Origin: Fibrobacteria bacterium | GTDB taxonomy: Bacteria; Fibrobacterota; Chitinivibrionia; Chitinivibrionales; FEN-1185 | Direction: 5' to 3' | Length of the DNA stretch: 64,000 nt | NCBI GenBank assembly: GCA_037447435.1 | Contig: JBBIGR010000027.1 | Span: forward strand, 1 to 64,000 | Translations under genes and position numbers: made by a program | Notes under the pieces: model-generated | Database searches by the model: none | What the model saw: only the letters and a program-made list of their open reading frames with translations | What the model was told of the DNA's origin: nothing | Part shown: piece after piece, positions 1 to 9,036 of the stretch | Layout of the letters: each line of letters starts with the position of its first letter | How positions within the stretch are numbered: position 1 is the first letter of the stretch

Positions 1-56
1 GTGTTACTTAGCACAGAGCATTAAATGGTCTCATTAATATAGTCAGAGAGGGATTA

Positions 57-1655
57 TTGCGGTTTGGTATGGCAGGGCGTGTTTTTTTCAAGATCAGTAA
101 TAAGGAGCGCATCACCTTGTTGCAGAAATCCTATTATTTGCGAAAGCGTGAGGAACTGGGAAAAAGGAAGAAGGAGCTTGAGACTTCGCTTGGAGGATTC
201 CAATTTGAAAAGCGTTTGGAACAGTCGACCGTGCTTTCAATGCAACTTCTAAAACATTGCCTTGCGAAACGATATAACAATCGACCTCGAAAAGTGTTTA
301 ATATTAACGACCTCTGGAAGAACACGGATAATTTTCTCGATGAATATCCAATTGTATTGAGTACGACATTTTCAGTTATTACATCAGTCCAAAATGGGTA
401 TTTGTTTGATTGCATAATAGTGGACGAGGCAAGTCAGGTCGATTTACTCAACGGCATCCTTGTTATGGCCTGTGCAAAGAAGCTCGTAATTGTTGGCGAT
501 CCTATGCAACTTCCTAATGTATTGACGGAGCAGGACAAAAGGTTATCGGAACAGGTCGCAGTACGATATGATTTACCGGAACATGCCAGGTTTGATCGCC
601 ATAACTTGCTTTCTGCCATAACTATCGCTTTACCGGAAATTCCAAAGACGCTGCTTCGGGAGCATTATCGGTGTCACCCTAAGATCATTCAGTTTTGCAA
701 TCAAAAGTTTTATGGAGGTGAACTGCTCATCATGACGCGTGATCGAGGCGAGCCTGATGTCCTCAAGGCCTGTGTAACAGTCGAAGGCCAACATGCGCGT
801 GGTACATTCAATCAACGGCAAATTGATGAGATCGTTCAGAATATTTTACCCGAATTTTGCTCGATTGAGCCGGTCGACATCGGCATAGTCTCGCCATACA
901 GATCACAAACCAATCATTTGCGGATGTCCGTGGGAACAAAGGAAATTGAAATCGATACGGTTCATAAATATCAAGGCAGAGAAAAACGTGTTGTAATCAT
1001 AACTACGGTATCGAACGAAGCCAATGACTTCGTCGATAATCCGAATCTCTTGAACGTGGCGATATCTCGGGCGCAAGAGAAACTACGATTGGTTATTTCC
1101 AAGGAGATTGCCGAGGGCAATAGCAACATCGCAGACCTAGTCCATTATATTCGGTACTGTAATTGTGAAGTTGTTCCCGGCAAGGTTCGTTCTATCTTTG
1201 ACCTCCTTTATAGGGACTATACGATAGCACGCTTAGAGGTATTGAAAAAGCGGAAACGCGTTTCGAAATATGATTCCGAAAATCTTGCCTACAGTGAAAT
1301 TGAAGCCGTCCTTCAAGAAAATATATTTCGAGAGTATGATGTAGTTTCTCAATTCCCTTTATCAATGCTTGTTCGGGATACAAATATTTTAACTATTGAG
1401 GAATTGGCCTATGCTACGCATCCCTGGACTAAAACCGATTTTCTAATTTATCGCAAAATTGATAAAAGATCGGTATTGGCTATCGAAATTGATGGATATG
1501 CATTCCATCATGAAGGAACGCGACAGGCCGAACGCGATTTGCTTAAGGACTCCGTGCTAAAGAAATGCAGGATGCCTATACTACACCTGTCGACGATTGA
1601 AAGCAATGAGCGTAACCGGATTCGGGAAAAGTTGAAAGAAGTTATTGCCCAATAA
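57..1655 (+). CDS. Superfamily I DNA/RNA helicase (AAA_11/AAA_12 C-terminal part) with a C-terminal DUF2726/Vsr-like nuclease-fold domain; N-terminally truncated
   Basis: Motifs IIVDEASQ (Walker B), VGDPMQLP, EHYRCHPKII, GIVSPYRSQ, DTVHKYQGRE and NVAISRA. The C-terminus has DFLIY..AIEIDGYAFH..QAERDLLKD. There is no Walker A, and the frame is closed by TAG at 9-11. Confidence 0.8.
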   Translation: MRFGMAGRVFFKISNKERITLLQKSYYLRKREELGKRKKELETSLGGFQFEKRLEQSTVLSMQLLKHCLAKRYNNRPRKVFNINDLWKNTDNFLDEYPIVLSTTFSVITSVQNGYLFDCIIVDEASQVDLLNGILVMACAKKLVIVGDPMQLPNVLTEQDKRLSEQVAVRYDLPEHARFDRHNLLSAITIALPEIPKTLLREHYRCHPKIIQFCNQKFYGGELLIMTRDRGEPDVLKACVTVEGQHARGTFNQRQIDEIVQNILPEFCSIEPVDIGIVSPYRSQTNHLRMSVGTKEIEIDTVHKYQGREKRVVIITTVSNEANDFVDNPNLLNVAISRAQEKLRLVISKEIAEGNSNIADLVHYIRYCNCEVVPGKVRSIFDLLYRDYTIARLEVLKKRKRVSKYDSENLAYSEIEAVLQENIFREYDVVSQFPLSMLVRDTNILTIEELAYATHPWTKTDFLIYRKIDKRSVLAIEIDGYAFHHEGTRQAERDLLKDSVLKKCRMPILHLSTIESNERNRIREKLKEVIAQ

Positions 1656-1801
1656 ATTAGAAACGCTATAGAATCTAAAAATAATAAGTACCGGTAATAA
1701 TTGTCGCACGGAATACTCTAGAGCACGAGTATTTTCGGGATGAACAATTAAGCAATGGGATTGAATTTATTCGCATGAAAAGAAACGAATGATATGCAGT
1801 A

Positions 1802-2281
1802 TTAAAATTCAAGCTTGGTGCTAAAATGTTCTGAGAACCATTTTAAAAGTGGAATAAAAATATGTTTAATTACCAAATCCACATCTGTATCTGACCATGA
1901 AAATTTATTATACCTGGATTGACGGCTCTTTTTATAAAGGGAATTGTAATGACCATAGATAGCAGAAAACTCAGTAGAGCCTTCAATAAGAAGATTTCTG
2001 ATAAAATGCTGACTTCTTGAATCTATTTTCAGGCCGGAAGGTTTGCCGATTCCACATTTACTTGCAAAACTTGGGAGTTGATCGGAATGTTCTATTCCAA
2101 CGATATCATAACCGCGATACGTTATTTTCTTAGACTTTGCAAGTGCGTGTTCAAAAATATGGACGGCAGTATAGAATGCTACCGTTATTGCCCAATCATT
2201 GAATTTATGTGAGGGATAAAAATTTTTTAGAAATTCAAGATTATGACTTGCATGTTCGTAATGCTCTGTTGAATCAGGCAT
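1802..2281 (-). CDS. HEPN-like domain protein (putative toxin/RNase)
   Basis: 159 aa with pattern EH..HA.HN...DWAITVAFYTAVH..E, RSQH and Y..LY.KSRQSRY, which resembles small helical HEPN proteins. AT-rich. Confidence 0.55.
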   Translation of the reverse strand: MPDSTEHYEHASHNLEFLKNFYPSHKFNDWAITVAFYTAVHIFEHALAKSKKITYRGYDIVGIEHSDQLPSFASKCGIGKPSGLKIDSRSQHFIRNLLIEGSTEFSAIYGHYNSLYKKSRQSRYNKFSWSDTDVDLVIKHIFIPLLKWFSEHFSTKLEF

Positions 2282-2282
2282 T

Positions 2283-2780
2283 CTACGCCTTCAGAATAAA
2301 TGGGTAATCTCTTTTGACAGAAGCAATATCAAGATTATTTGTTTTTCTTGCATAAAGGATTTCACAAAAAGTATTATGCTCGACCAAGAAAACTCGCTCT
2401 ATTTCTGATAGCAGAAAACCAATTTTTATGTCTGTTTCAAAGTCGATATTATCAAAAATAACAAAAAGATTCAGCTCATCAGAAAATGGAAGGAGAAATG
2501 TCCTGAAATCAAGAATGTGCGCTTCCGGATATTCTGATAAGACCTTCTCTCTAACTATCTTTGCTAATTCAAGAATGGAATCAAAATATCGACGCAAGTG
2601 GAGTTTTACTTCGTCCTCTACCTGCTCGATTAACTGATTTTTTCCCTTTTCGATTCCTCTTCTTTCGGCTTCGCGCAGAATTGCTTCGTTGAGCACTTCT
2701 TCAACTGTTTGCGGGCCAGAAATAGAAAATTCCATATCAGACCAAGAAGAAATGTTCATTTCTTGGTTTTTTTCAGTCAT
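2283..2780 (-). CDS. Acidic hypothetical protein, putative partner/antitoxin of the HEPN-like gene (possibly a degenerate nucleotidyltransferase fold)
   Basis: Stop lies 1 nt from the downstream start. AAGGAG RBS precedes ATG 2780 (MTEKNQ). The C-terminal alpha/beta region contains DELNLFVIFD. Confidence 0.5.
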   Translation of the reverse strand: MTEKNQEMNISSWSDMEFSISGPQTVEEVLNEAILREAERRGIEKGKNQLIEQVEDEVKLHLRRYFDSILELAKIVREKVLSEYPEAHILDFRTFLLPFSDELNLFVIFDNIDFETDIKIGFLLSEIERVFLVEHNTFCEILYARKTNNLDIASVKRDYPFILKA

Positions 2781-3006
2781 TTTGGCTCCTTGGATAACTA
2801 ACCCAATATACAATGCTCCCTATCATTTCTTCAAGGAGAAAAGCGCAAAGATCATACCGCCAGGAACGCGTAAAATCAGACAAAGCCCAGGTCTCATAAC
2901 CTGCATTTTTGCCGGTATATTAATCCCTCCTTTGAATTAATCCAAGATAATAAATGTCTTTTCGCAAAACACGAAATAATTTTTATATTTTTTAATGTCA
3001 ACACAC

Positions 3007-3044
3007 AAAAAAAGATGCCTCGCAGAAAAAGCTGCGAGGCATCT
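3007..3044 (-). terminator. Rho-independent terminator of the large lipoprotein gene
   Basis: 13-bp stem AGATGCCTCGCAG/CTGCGAGGCATCT followed by a U-tract on the minus strand. Confidence 0.85.
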
Positions 3045-3131
3045 ACTATTCCTATAAAAACCGATTACTCATTTATATCGGCAATCAACAAAAATTAATC
3101 AAATGATTTTCATTATCAGAATTCATCGTCT

Positions 3132-6100
3132 CTATTCCTGACATTTGAGCAAATACATTTTGCCTCCCGGACCACTTGTTGCCGCATAGCACACGCCTGA
3201 TTTGCCCACGACGATAGTACCGTTCGACATGCCGTCATACGCAATCATGACTTGGCCGTTGGCGCTTAATGCAGGAACATTTACCCACGAAGAACCCACA
3301 TATTTCTTAACGGTCATCTCACCTGCATTAGATTGGAGGTAATAGGGAATGTCCGCATCGGGCGTTGCCGAAAGTGAAATGGCGCGTAAGCCATTTCCGC
3401 CGGTGGCGGTGAAAATATTCGACCACGTGGAACCGCCGTATTGGTATATGAAAGGAGCATCACCCGACGTATTTCTGCCCGCCGATACAAATAGTTTGGT
3501 TTTTCCAACAGCCATTTGCAGTCCCCATTGTGGTGAACCGAAAAAGCCTGTAGAAGAATCTCCTGCTATGCTGACCGAGTTACCGTTAATGTCCAGCTTC
3601 GTCACCACAGCGCCGACAGGCTGAAAGTGCGCATAATACGTTTCGCCATTGGCGGCGGAAGCCAAAGAGTGCAGCGGTTTTCTTCCAAGATACGGGTAAG
3701 CTACCGGTGAAATGGATGCAAGCGTAGCCGTTCCATCCGTAACGGCGTCATAAACCTGGAACTTGCAAGTTTGATGGTCCGAGGAAGATGCGGCAACATC
3801 GATATAGTAATTGGGTGCAATATCCGAAAAATATTGTCCGTTTTGTTGCCAATTCCCGCCTGAGAGCATTTTATAGCAAAATGCGAAATATATACCGTCA
3901 CTTATCCTTGCGGCTTTTGCACCTATGAAGAAACCTTGACCGTCTGCCGAAACATCGAAACAAATATCATATATTGAATATCCGCTTACCGAAAATTGCG
4001 GGCCAAACGCTTGCAACGTATTTCCGACCAATTTGTAAACTTGCGCGTGACCGTTCGGGTACACGGTATCGACAGCGGCTACGTATAAGGTACTGTCTTT
4101 CGTCATTCGCAATTGATAATATTGGGCAGTTGCAACCGTCGTCGTATCGAGCCTTTCCCACCCAATCACTTTTACGTTTCTTGTAACGGATGTCGAATTT
4201 CCGCTCAGATCAGAAGCCGTCCAAACCGAAGTATACTTCCCATTTCGCTTAAGATCTACATTAGAGACATACGTCGTCGGCTTGGTAAGCGTCGCCCCGT
4301 CTCTATCATCTGTTAATGTATTTACCCCGGCAGCATCGACATAGGTGCCGGAAGGATTCAACAGGATAGTTGTATCGAGCGAACCATACAACGTCAAAAC
4401 CGGCGGTGTAACGTCCTTAACCGTCAACTTCACGTTGTTCGAAGTGGCAGTGCCGCCTGCATTTGCAATTACTACATAATAATTCCCCGAATCGGAATAT
4501 TGTTTGGCGGTATCCAGAAACGAACTTGTCGTCGCCAATATCGTCGTACCACCCTGCTTATACCATTTGTACGTCGGCGTCGGCGTTACGTTCGAATTTA
4601 TTGCAACGGTAAACGTACCCGAACTGCCTTTATTCAGGGAGAGCGCCGCGGGTTGCGTTGTTATCACCGGCGCAACATATACGGTAATAGTAGTATTCAT
4701 CATAGCGGTATTTCCGCATGGTCCTTCTGCGCGAACATAGTAGGTTGTCGTCGAGGTTGGCGATAAAATAGCAGGCGAACCGGTTGCAACTGCAGAACCC
4801 GTACCTGCCGCATTCGTATACCATTTCCATGAAGCGCCAGTCCCCAAAGTCCCGCCAACGACCGTGAGCGTTACCGAAGCGCCGGAGTTAATTGTCGACG
4901 AAGACGCGCTTATCGATGAAGCAGCCACAGACGGCGTATTGACCGATACGGCGAAACCCGGCGACGCTGCCGTGTTACCGCACGGGCCTTCGGCACGTAC
5001 GTAATACGTAACGGTTGCAGAAGGAGAAACGACCAACGGTGTCCCGGAATTATTACCCGAAACAGGGACCGTGCAATTCGCATCGGTATACCATTTCCAA
5101 GCGGCATTGCTCCCCAAAGAACCGCCGACCGCTTTCAAGGTATCGACACTGCCGGAACATATCGTTGCCGAAGATGCGGTCGCACCGGTTGGCGCTTGCG
5201 AAGCGGTATTCACGACGACGCTGCAACTGCACGCCAAAGCCGTATTTCCGCAGGGGCCTTCTGCCCGGACATAATAGGTCGTTGTCGTTGTCGGCGTAAC
5301 AGCCAATGGAGAGCCGGAATTCGCTGGGGCCACGGCTGTGGCAAATGTCCGGTCCGTATACCATTTCCACGATGCGCCGCTACCGAGAACGCCGCCCACG
5401 ACTTTAAGAGTGTCTGTTCCGCCGGAACAAATACTTGCGGCGGAAACCGTCGCGCTTGTCGGGCTTTGAGAAAGAGTATTAACCGTAAGCCGCACGGAAT
5501 TGCTAGATGTTCCGCCCCCGACATTCGATACGACGCACACATATGACCCGGTGTCGGTCATGGCTACGGCAGAGAATTTAAGAACCGCACTTGTTTGATT
5601 TGTAATGGGCTGCTGGTTTTTCTGCCACGCATATGTGAGCGGGGCCTGCCCCGTCGCGGTAACGAAAAAACTATCCGCAAGTCCCAGGCAAATGGAATGC
5701 GCGATCGGTTGCGTCGTAATCACGGGTTGCGGTACATTGCTTATCGTTACGGTGATTCCTTTTTTCGTGGTCAGTTTTCCATCCGTAATGGAAAACACCA
5801 CCCTGTTCGGACCCGCCTGAGTATTGACAGGAGCAAAACTGAAAATACCGGTCGTCGGGTTAAAGGTCGCATTTGCAGGCAACGTATCGGCCGAAAGGGT
5901 TACGGCGTCGCCGTCATCGTCTTTTCCAATAAGAGTAAACACAAGGGTGCTTCCCAGCGAAATGGTCGTATCGCGGGCGTTTTGAAAATAAGGCGCCCTG
6001 TTTACATTGGTTACATGCAGCTGGATCGTACCGATACTGGAAAGCATTCCATCGGTAGCCGAAATTTTTATTGGGTAAGTTCCCGAATCCGTAAAGGAAG

Positions 6101-7529
6101 GCGTATAGCTCCAAATGGTTCCGTTTAAGCTGTCTGTTGCGGGATCGCCGCTCACTAATTGCAAATAAATCTTGTCCCCATTCGGGTCTTTTACGGAATC
6201 GGAAAGATCTATTGAAAACGGCGTATTTTCCGGTATAGTGATTTTCATTGCAGCTGAAAGCCATTTAGGCGCATCGTTGATTGATGATGAAAATATCTTT
6301 GCCGAGGGTGCGGCACTGTATTTGGAATTTTTTGCAACTACATAATAATAGAACGCGGAATCTTTGATGGTATTTGAGAATGCGGAGTCGTTCATCGTTT
6401 TTATCGAAACGAACCCTGTTGCGGAATCCTTTGAACGGAAAATTTCATAATTGTCTGCATTCAGCGATGCTTTCCATTTAAATGAAAACACGCCGTTGAT
6501 ACGGGAAACCGCCGCGATTCCCTTGACAGTTTCGGGCATGCTTAACTTCGCGCGAATTTCGATGACTGTTTTAAAAGTATCGACCGCACGGGGACTGCCG
6601 TTATCTATTGCGGCGAAAACGAGTGAATCGTATCGTACGGTATCCAGACCCAAATAGCCGCTCGGCGGCGCCCAGGTAAATAGGGAGTCTTTGAATGTAT
6701 AGCCGCTCGGCGCCTTGACCAGTGTCAATGTGTCGAGTTGTCCGGCGTCGGAATCCGAAACCGTTACGGTGAGCGAACAAATGTCCGTCGATAGTATCTG
6801 TAAATGTCCATTGACCGAAATATGGGGTTTGGCATTCACTATCGGGTTATTTATATGAAGATGCGCGGGAAGCGTTCTCACGGTGTCTCCCCACTTATCG
6901 GATACAAGACACGTATATGCGCCGCTATCGCTATAGGAAACTTTTGAAAATATCAATGCCACGCCGGTTGCATTGGAGATAGGAGTTGATTCATGATACC
7001 ATGCATATGAAAACGGGCCTTCTCCATTGGTAATTTCTACGGAAAACGATGCGAGCGAATCAAGATCGGAGGAAATCGTTGCGGGTTTAATCGTCGTGAC
7101 AAAGGTTTTTGCCAGAATGATTATCTTTCCCGAAACGCTTCGTTCGCTGCCGTTATGCACGCGGGCAGACGATGAAATGAACCATGACCCCGCTTTTGCG
7201 AAAGTAAAAGAACACCACAAGGTATCCTGTACAAAATCCGCCTTATGAAAAGTAATGACGGAATCTCTGGTACCATTGTATTTCTCAATAGTAACAACGA
7301 CGGAATCGATTAAATTGGACAGCTCGATTAAGGACCCAATTTTCAAAGTGGCACCGACCGAATCCGAATATGATGTCGTCAGTTCCAGTTGCCCGGCAGG
7401 TCCTTTTATGATAAGCTTATTTTTAACATTGTTATAATCCTCAAAAGGATTGTTCGTATTGATACAAGAAGACATCAGCATAGCAAATGCCGCCAACCAT
7501 AAACCTGTCGTTACGATCTTTTTAACCAT
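3132..7529 (-). CDS. Large surface lipoprotein with multiple Ig-like, FN3-like and cadherin-like domains and a probable C-terminal beta-propeller-like region
   Basis: 1465 aa, Thr/Ser-rich, lipobox MLMSSC. Ig motifs YSDSGAYTC, TDTGSYVC and YSDSGNYYV; cadherin-like NDAP..DPNGD and NRAP..DDDGD; DVTPPVLTL..G-type domain. Confidence 0.8.
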   Translation of the reverse strand: MVKKIVTTGLWLAAFAMLMSSCINTNNPFEDYNNVKNKLIIKGPAGQLELTTSYSDSVGATLKIGSLIELSNLIDSVVVTIEKYNGTRDSVITFHKADFVQDTLWCSFTFAKAGSWFISSSARVHNGSERSVSGKIIILAKTFVTTIKPATISSDLDSLASFSVEITNGEGPFSYAWYHESTPISNATGVALIFSKVSYSDSGAYTCLVSDKWGDTVRTLPAHLHINNPIVNAKPHISVNGHLQILSTDICSLTVTVSDSDAGQLDTLTLVKAPSGYTFKDSLFTWAPPSGYLGLDTVRYDSLVFAAIDNGSPRAVDTFKTVIEIRAKLSMPETVKGIAAVSRINGVFSFKWKASLNADNYEIFRSKDSATGFVSIKTMNDSAFSNTIKDSAFYYYVVAKNSKYSAAPSAKIFSSSINDAPKWLSAAMKITIPENTPFSIDLSDSVKDPNGDKIYLQLVSGDPATDSLNGTIWSYTPSFTDSGTYPIKISATDGMLSSIGTIQLHVTNVNRAPYFQNARDTTISLGSTLVFTLIGKDDDGDAVTLSADTLPANATFNPTTGIFSFAPVNTQAGPNRVVFSITDGKLTTKKGITVTISNVPQPVITTQPIAHSICLGLADSFFVTATGQAPLTYAWQKNQQPITNQTSAVLKFSAVAMTDTGSYVCVVSNVGGGTSSNSVRLTVNTLSQSPTSATVSAASICSGGTDTLKVVGGVLGSGASWKWYTDRTFATAVAPANSGSPLAVTPTTTTTYYVRAEGPCGNTALACSCSVVVNTASQAPTGATASSATICSGSVDTLKAVGGSLGSNAAWKWYTDANCTVPVSGNNSGTPLVVSPSATVTYYVRAEGPCGNTAASPGFAVSVNTPSVAASSISASSSTINSGASVTLTVVGGTLGTGASWKWYTNAAGTGSAVATGSPAILSPTSTTTYYVRAEGPCGNTAMMNTTITVYVAPVITTQPAALSLNKGSSGTFTVAINSNVTPTPTYKWYKQGGTTILATTSSFLDTAKQYSDSGNYYVVIANAGGTATSNNVKLTVKDVTPPVLTLYGSLDTTILLNPSGTYVDAAGVNTLTDDRDGATLTKPTTYVSNVDLKRNGKYTSVWTASDLSGNSTSVTRNVKVIGWERLDTTTVATAQYYQLRMTKDSTLYVAAVDTVYPNGHAQVYKLVGNTLQAFGPQFSVSGYSIYDICFDVSADGQGFFIGAKAARISDGIYFAFCYKMLSGGNWQQNGQYFSDIAPNYYIDVAASSSDHQTCKFQVYDAVTDGTATLASISPVAYPYLGRKPLHSLASAANGETYYAHFQPVGAVVTKLDINGNSVSIAGDSSTGFFGSPQWGLQMAVGKTKLFVSAGRNTSGDAPFIYQYGGSTWSNIFTATGGNGLRAISLSATPDADIPYYLQSNAGEMTVKKYVGSSWVNVPALSANGQVMIAYDGMSNGTIVVGKSGVCYAATSGPGGKMYLLKCQE
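4684..5483 (-). repeat. Three tandem ~270-nt (90-aa) Ig-like repeats inside the lipoprotein
   Basis: Units begin VNT at 5483, 5213 and 4943. Each contains VGG.LG..A.WKWYT and T.TYYVRAEGPCGNTA. Confidence 0.9.
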
Positions 7530-7703
7530 TAAAATGCCCCCGGAAAAGAGTGAAGACCACGCAGCGAGCTATGCCGCATCTTCTATACACAAGGAAAAAG
7601 TTATTTATTGTCGTTTGCTATCCCCTTTGTGGAATAGGCAAACTTTGGGATTCAATTTTCCTGTTACAATGCTAATAAAATAACTGCCTGTAACCCTAAT
7701 CAG

Positions 7704-7719
7704 TGTGATGTCCGTCACA
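7704..7719. promoter_or_regulatory. CRP/FNR-family type palindromic operator
   Basis: TGTGA-tgtccg-TCACA is a perfect TGTGA-N6-TCACA, about 175 nt upstream of the lipoprotein start. Confidence 0.55.
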
Positions 7720-7741
7720 AAATTGGATTTTTTTTTAAAAT

Positions 7742-7776
7742 AAAAAATAAAGGGAAGGAAATTTAATTCCTTCCCT
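7742..7776 (-). terminator. Rho-independent terminator after the ThuA array
   Basis: Stem AGGGAAGGAA/TTCCTTCCCT followed by a U-rich tract on the minus strand. Confidence 0.7.
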
Positions 7777-7803
7777 GGCTTATTTCCGATTTATTGAAAT
7801 AAT

Positions 7804-8907
7804 TTAGTCGATAAAAACTTTTTTACCAATTAGTCCAACCGGTGTTGCCACTTTCAGGAAATAAATACCTTGACCGAATTTTCCGCGGTTAAGGCTTAAA
7901 CAACCATTTTTACCTGTTGCTTTTAAAACTATCCTTCCGGCCGCATCGGTAAGGGATGCATTAAAGTCTACCAATTGCGTAAGGGAAATCGAAATGTTTT
8001 GTTTATCGATCTTCACCGACGCATTGACGGGATTATTTATCGACGATACTTTACTTTCCTGTGTCGAAGTACCCGTTGCAGCTGCCCAGAAAATTGCATT
8101 ACGGACTATTGTGGTATAAGCTGTATTGGAATAACATTTTGGAGAATGTCCCATTAGCATGTACATATTTCTCGCTTTATATTTAGTACTATCATTTGTC
8201 CATATTACCGGATGGTCACCCATTTTTACCGTACTATTGCTTGGATATTTTCCAAGACTATCATATTGGTAGGAATTTTCATCTACATTTGCAAGAACAT
8301 GAATTCTCTTAGTATTTCTTGGATCAATATTCCAGGTATACCATTCGTCATCTGCAAGGGTAAATGTTTTAGAAACATTTTTCATGCAAGCATGAGTGCT
8401 ATCTTCAAGTCTTACCGTCGCACTTGCCAAACCATTTATATAATCTTTATATTCAATTCCGCCAATAAATGCCTGGTACCAAGACCAACCAGGTGTTTCA
8501 ATTAGAGAGCCATAGAGAGAAGCATGATGCATGCCGATCCATCCTCCAACTCCCTGTTCTATATACTTTTGAAAAGCGGCTTTCGATGTGGAAGTCCAAA
8601 ACTCAGTTAAAGGCGAAAAATTAACTTGAACAATAACCTTGTAATTTGCCAAAAACGCATCGGTAAATAACTTAGTGTCCCACACCCAATCGGCCACGAA
8701 ATTACTGTCTGCCGCGAGCTTGGCATACCAGGCTTTTGCAGCAAGGACCATTGGATAATGAATCGGGTTAGATGCGGAATCCTCTGAAACAAGAAGGATT
8801 TTAAACCGAGGTGCACCTGCAGCGGATGACCTTGAAAATAAACCTAATGCAAAAACAAAAATGACGGTTATTTTAAAAACATGCGCGATTAAACTTTTCT
8901 GATTCAT
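7804..8907 (-). CDS. Secreted ThuA-like domain protein with C-terminal sorting-like domain (paralogue 4)
   Basis: Signal peptide; GGWIGMHHAS, DEWYTW, VLANVDE, DHPVIWTN and MGH motifs; C-terminal DAAGRIV...GQGIYFLKV. Confidence 0.8.
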   Translation of the reverse strand: MNQKSLIAHVFKITVIFVFALGLFSRSSAAGAPRFKILLVSEDSASNPIHYPMVLAAKAWYAKLAADSNFVADWVWDTKLFTDAFLANYKVIVQVNFSPLTEFWTSTSKAAFQKYIEQGVGGWIGMHHASLYGSLIETPGWSWYQAFIGGIEYKDYINGLASATVRLEDSTHACMKNVSKTFTLADDEWYTWNIDPRNTKRIHVLANVDENSYQYDSLGKYPSNSTVKMGDHPVIWTNDSTKYKARNMYMLMGHSPKCYSNTAYTTIVRNAIFWAAATGTSTQESKVSSINNPVNASVKIDKQNISISLTQLVDFNASLTDAAGRIVLKATGKNGCLSLNRGKFGQGIYFLKVATPVGLIGKKVFID

Positions 8908-8963
8908 GGATCCCCTCTTGAAGAATGAGTTGTTTCACATAAATATAGTTTACGATTAAAAGC

Positions 8964-8995
8964 TAAAGAACCGTATCTCTTGATACGGTTCTTTA
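8964..8995. terminator. Intergenic hairpin / terminator between ThuA paralogues
   Basis: Perfect 14-bp stem TAAAGAACCGTATC/GATACGGTTCTTTA with a 4-nt loop. Confidence 0.65.
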
Positions 8996-9036
8996 ACATA
9001 TCGAAAAAACCAAGATCAACAAAGCAAAAGCGGTTT

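Noticed and set aside
9..11. Stop-codon reassignment (TAG read-through) to explain the helicase truncation
   Set aside because: Conserved genes here end normally at TAG (e.g. fabG, glyA), TGA and TAA.
1656..1801. Integron attC site between the helicase and HEPN-like genes
   Set aside because: There is only a short AATACTC/GAGTATT hairpin, no RYYYAAC...GTTRRRY pair, and the genes are convergent.
4684..5483. Periodic repeats here and at 46660-47070 as a possible CRISPR array or DGR template/variable repeats
   Set aside because: They are in-frame protein domain repeats, with no constant repeat-spacer pattern and no cas or reverse transcriptase gene.
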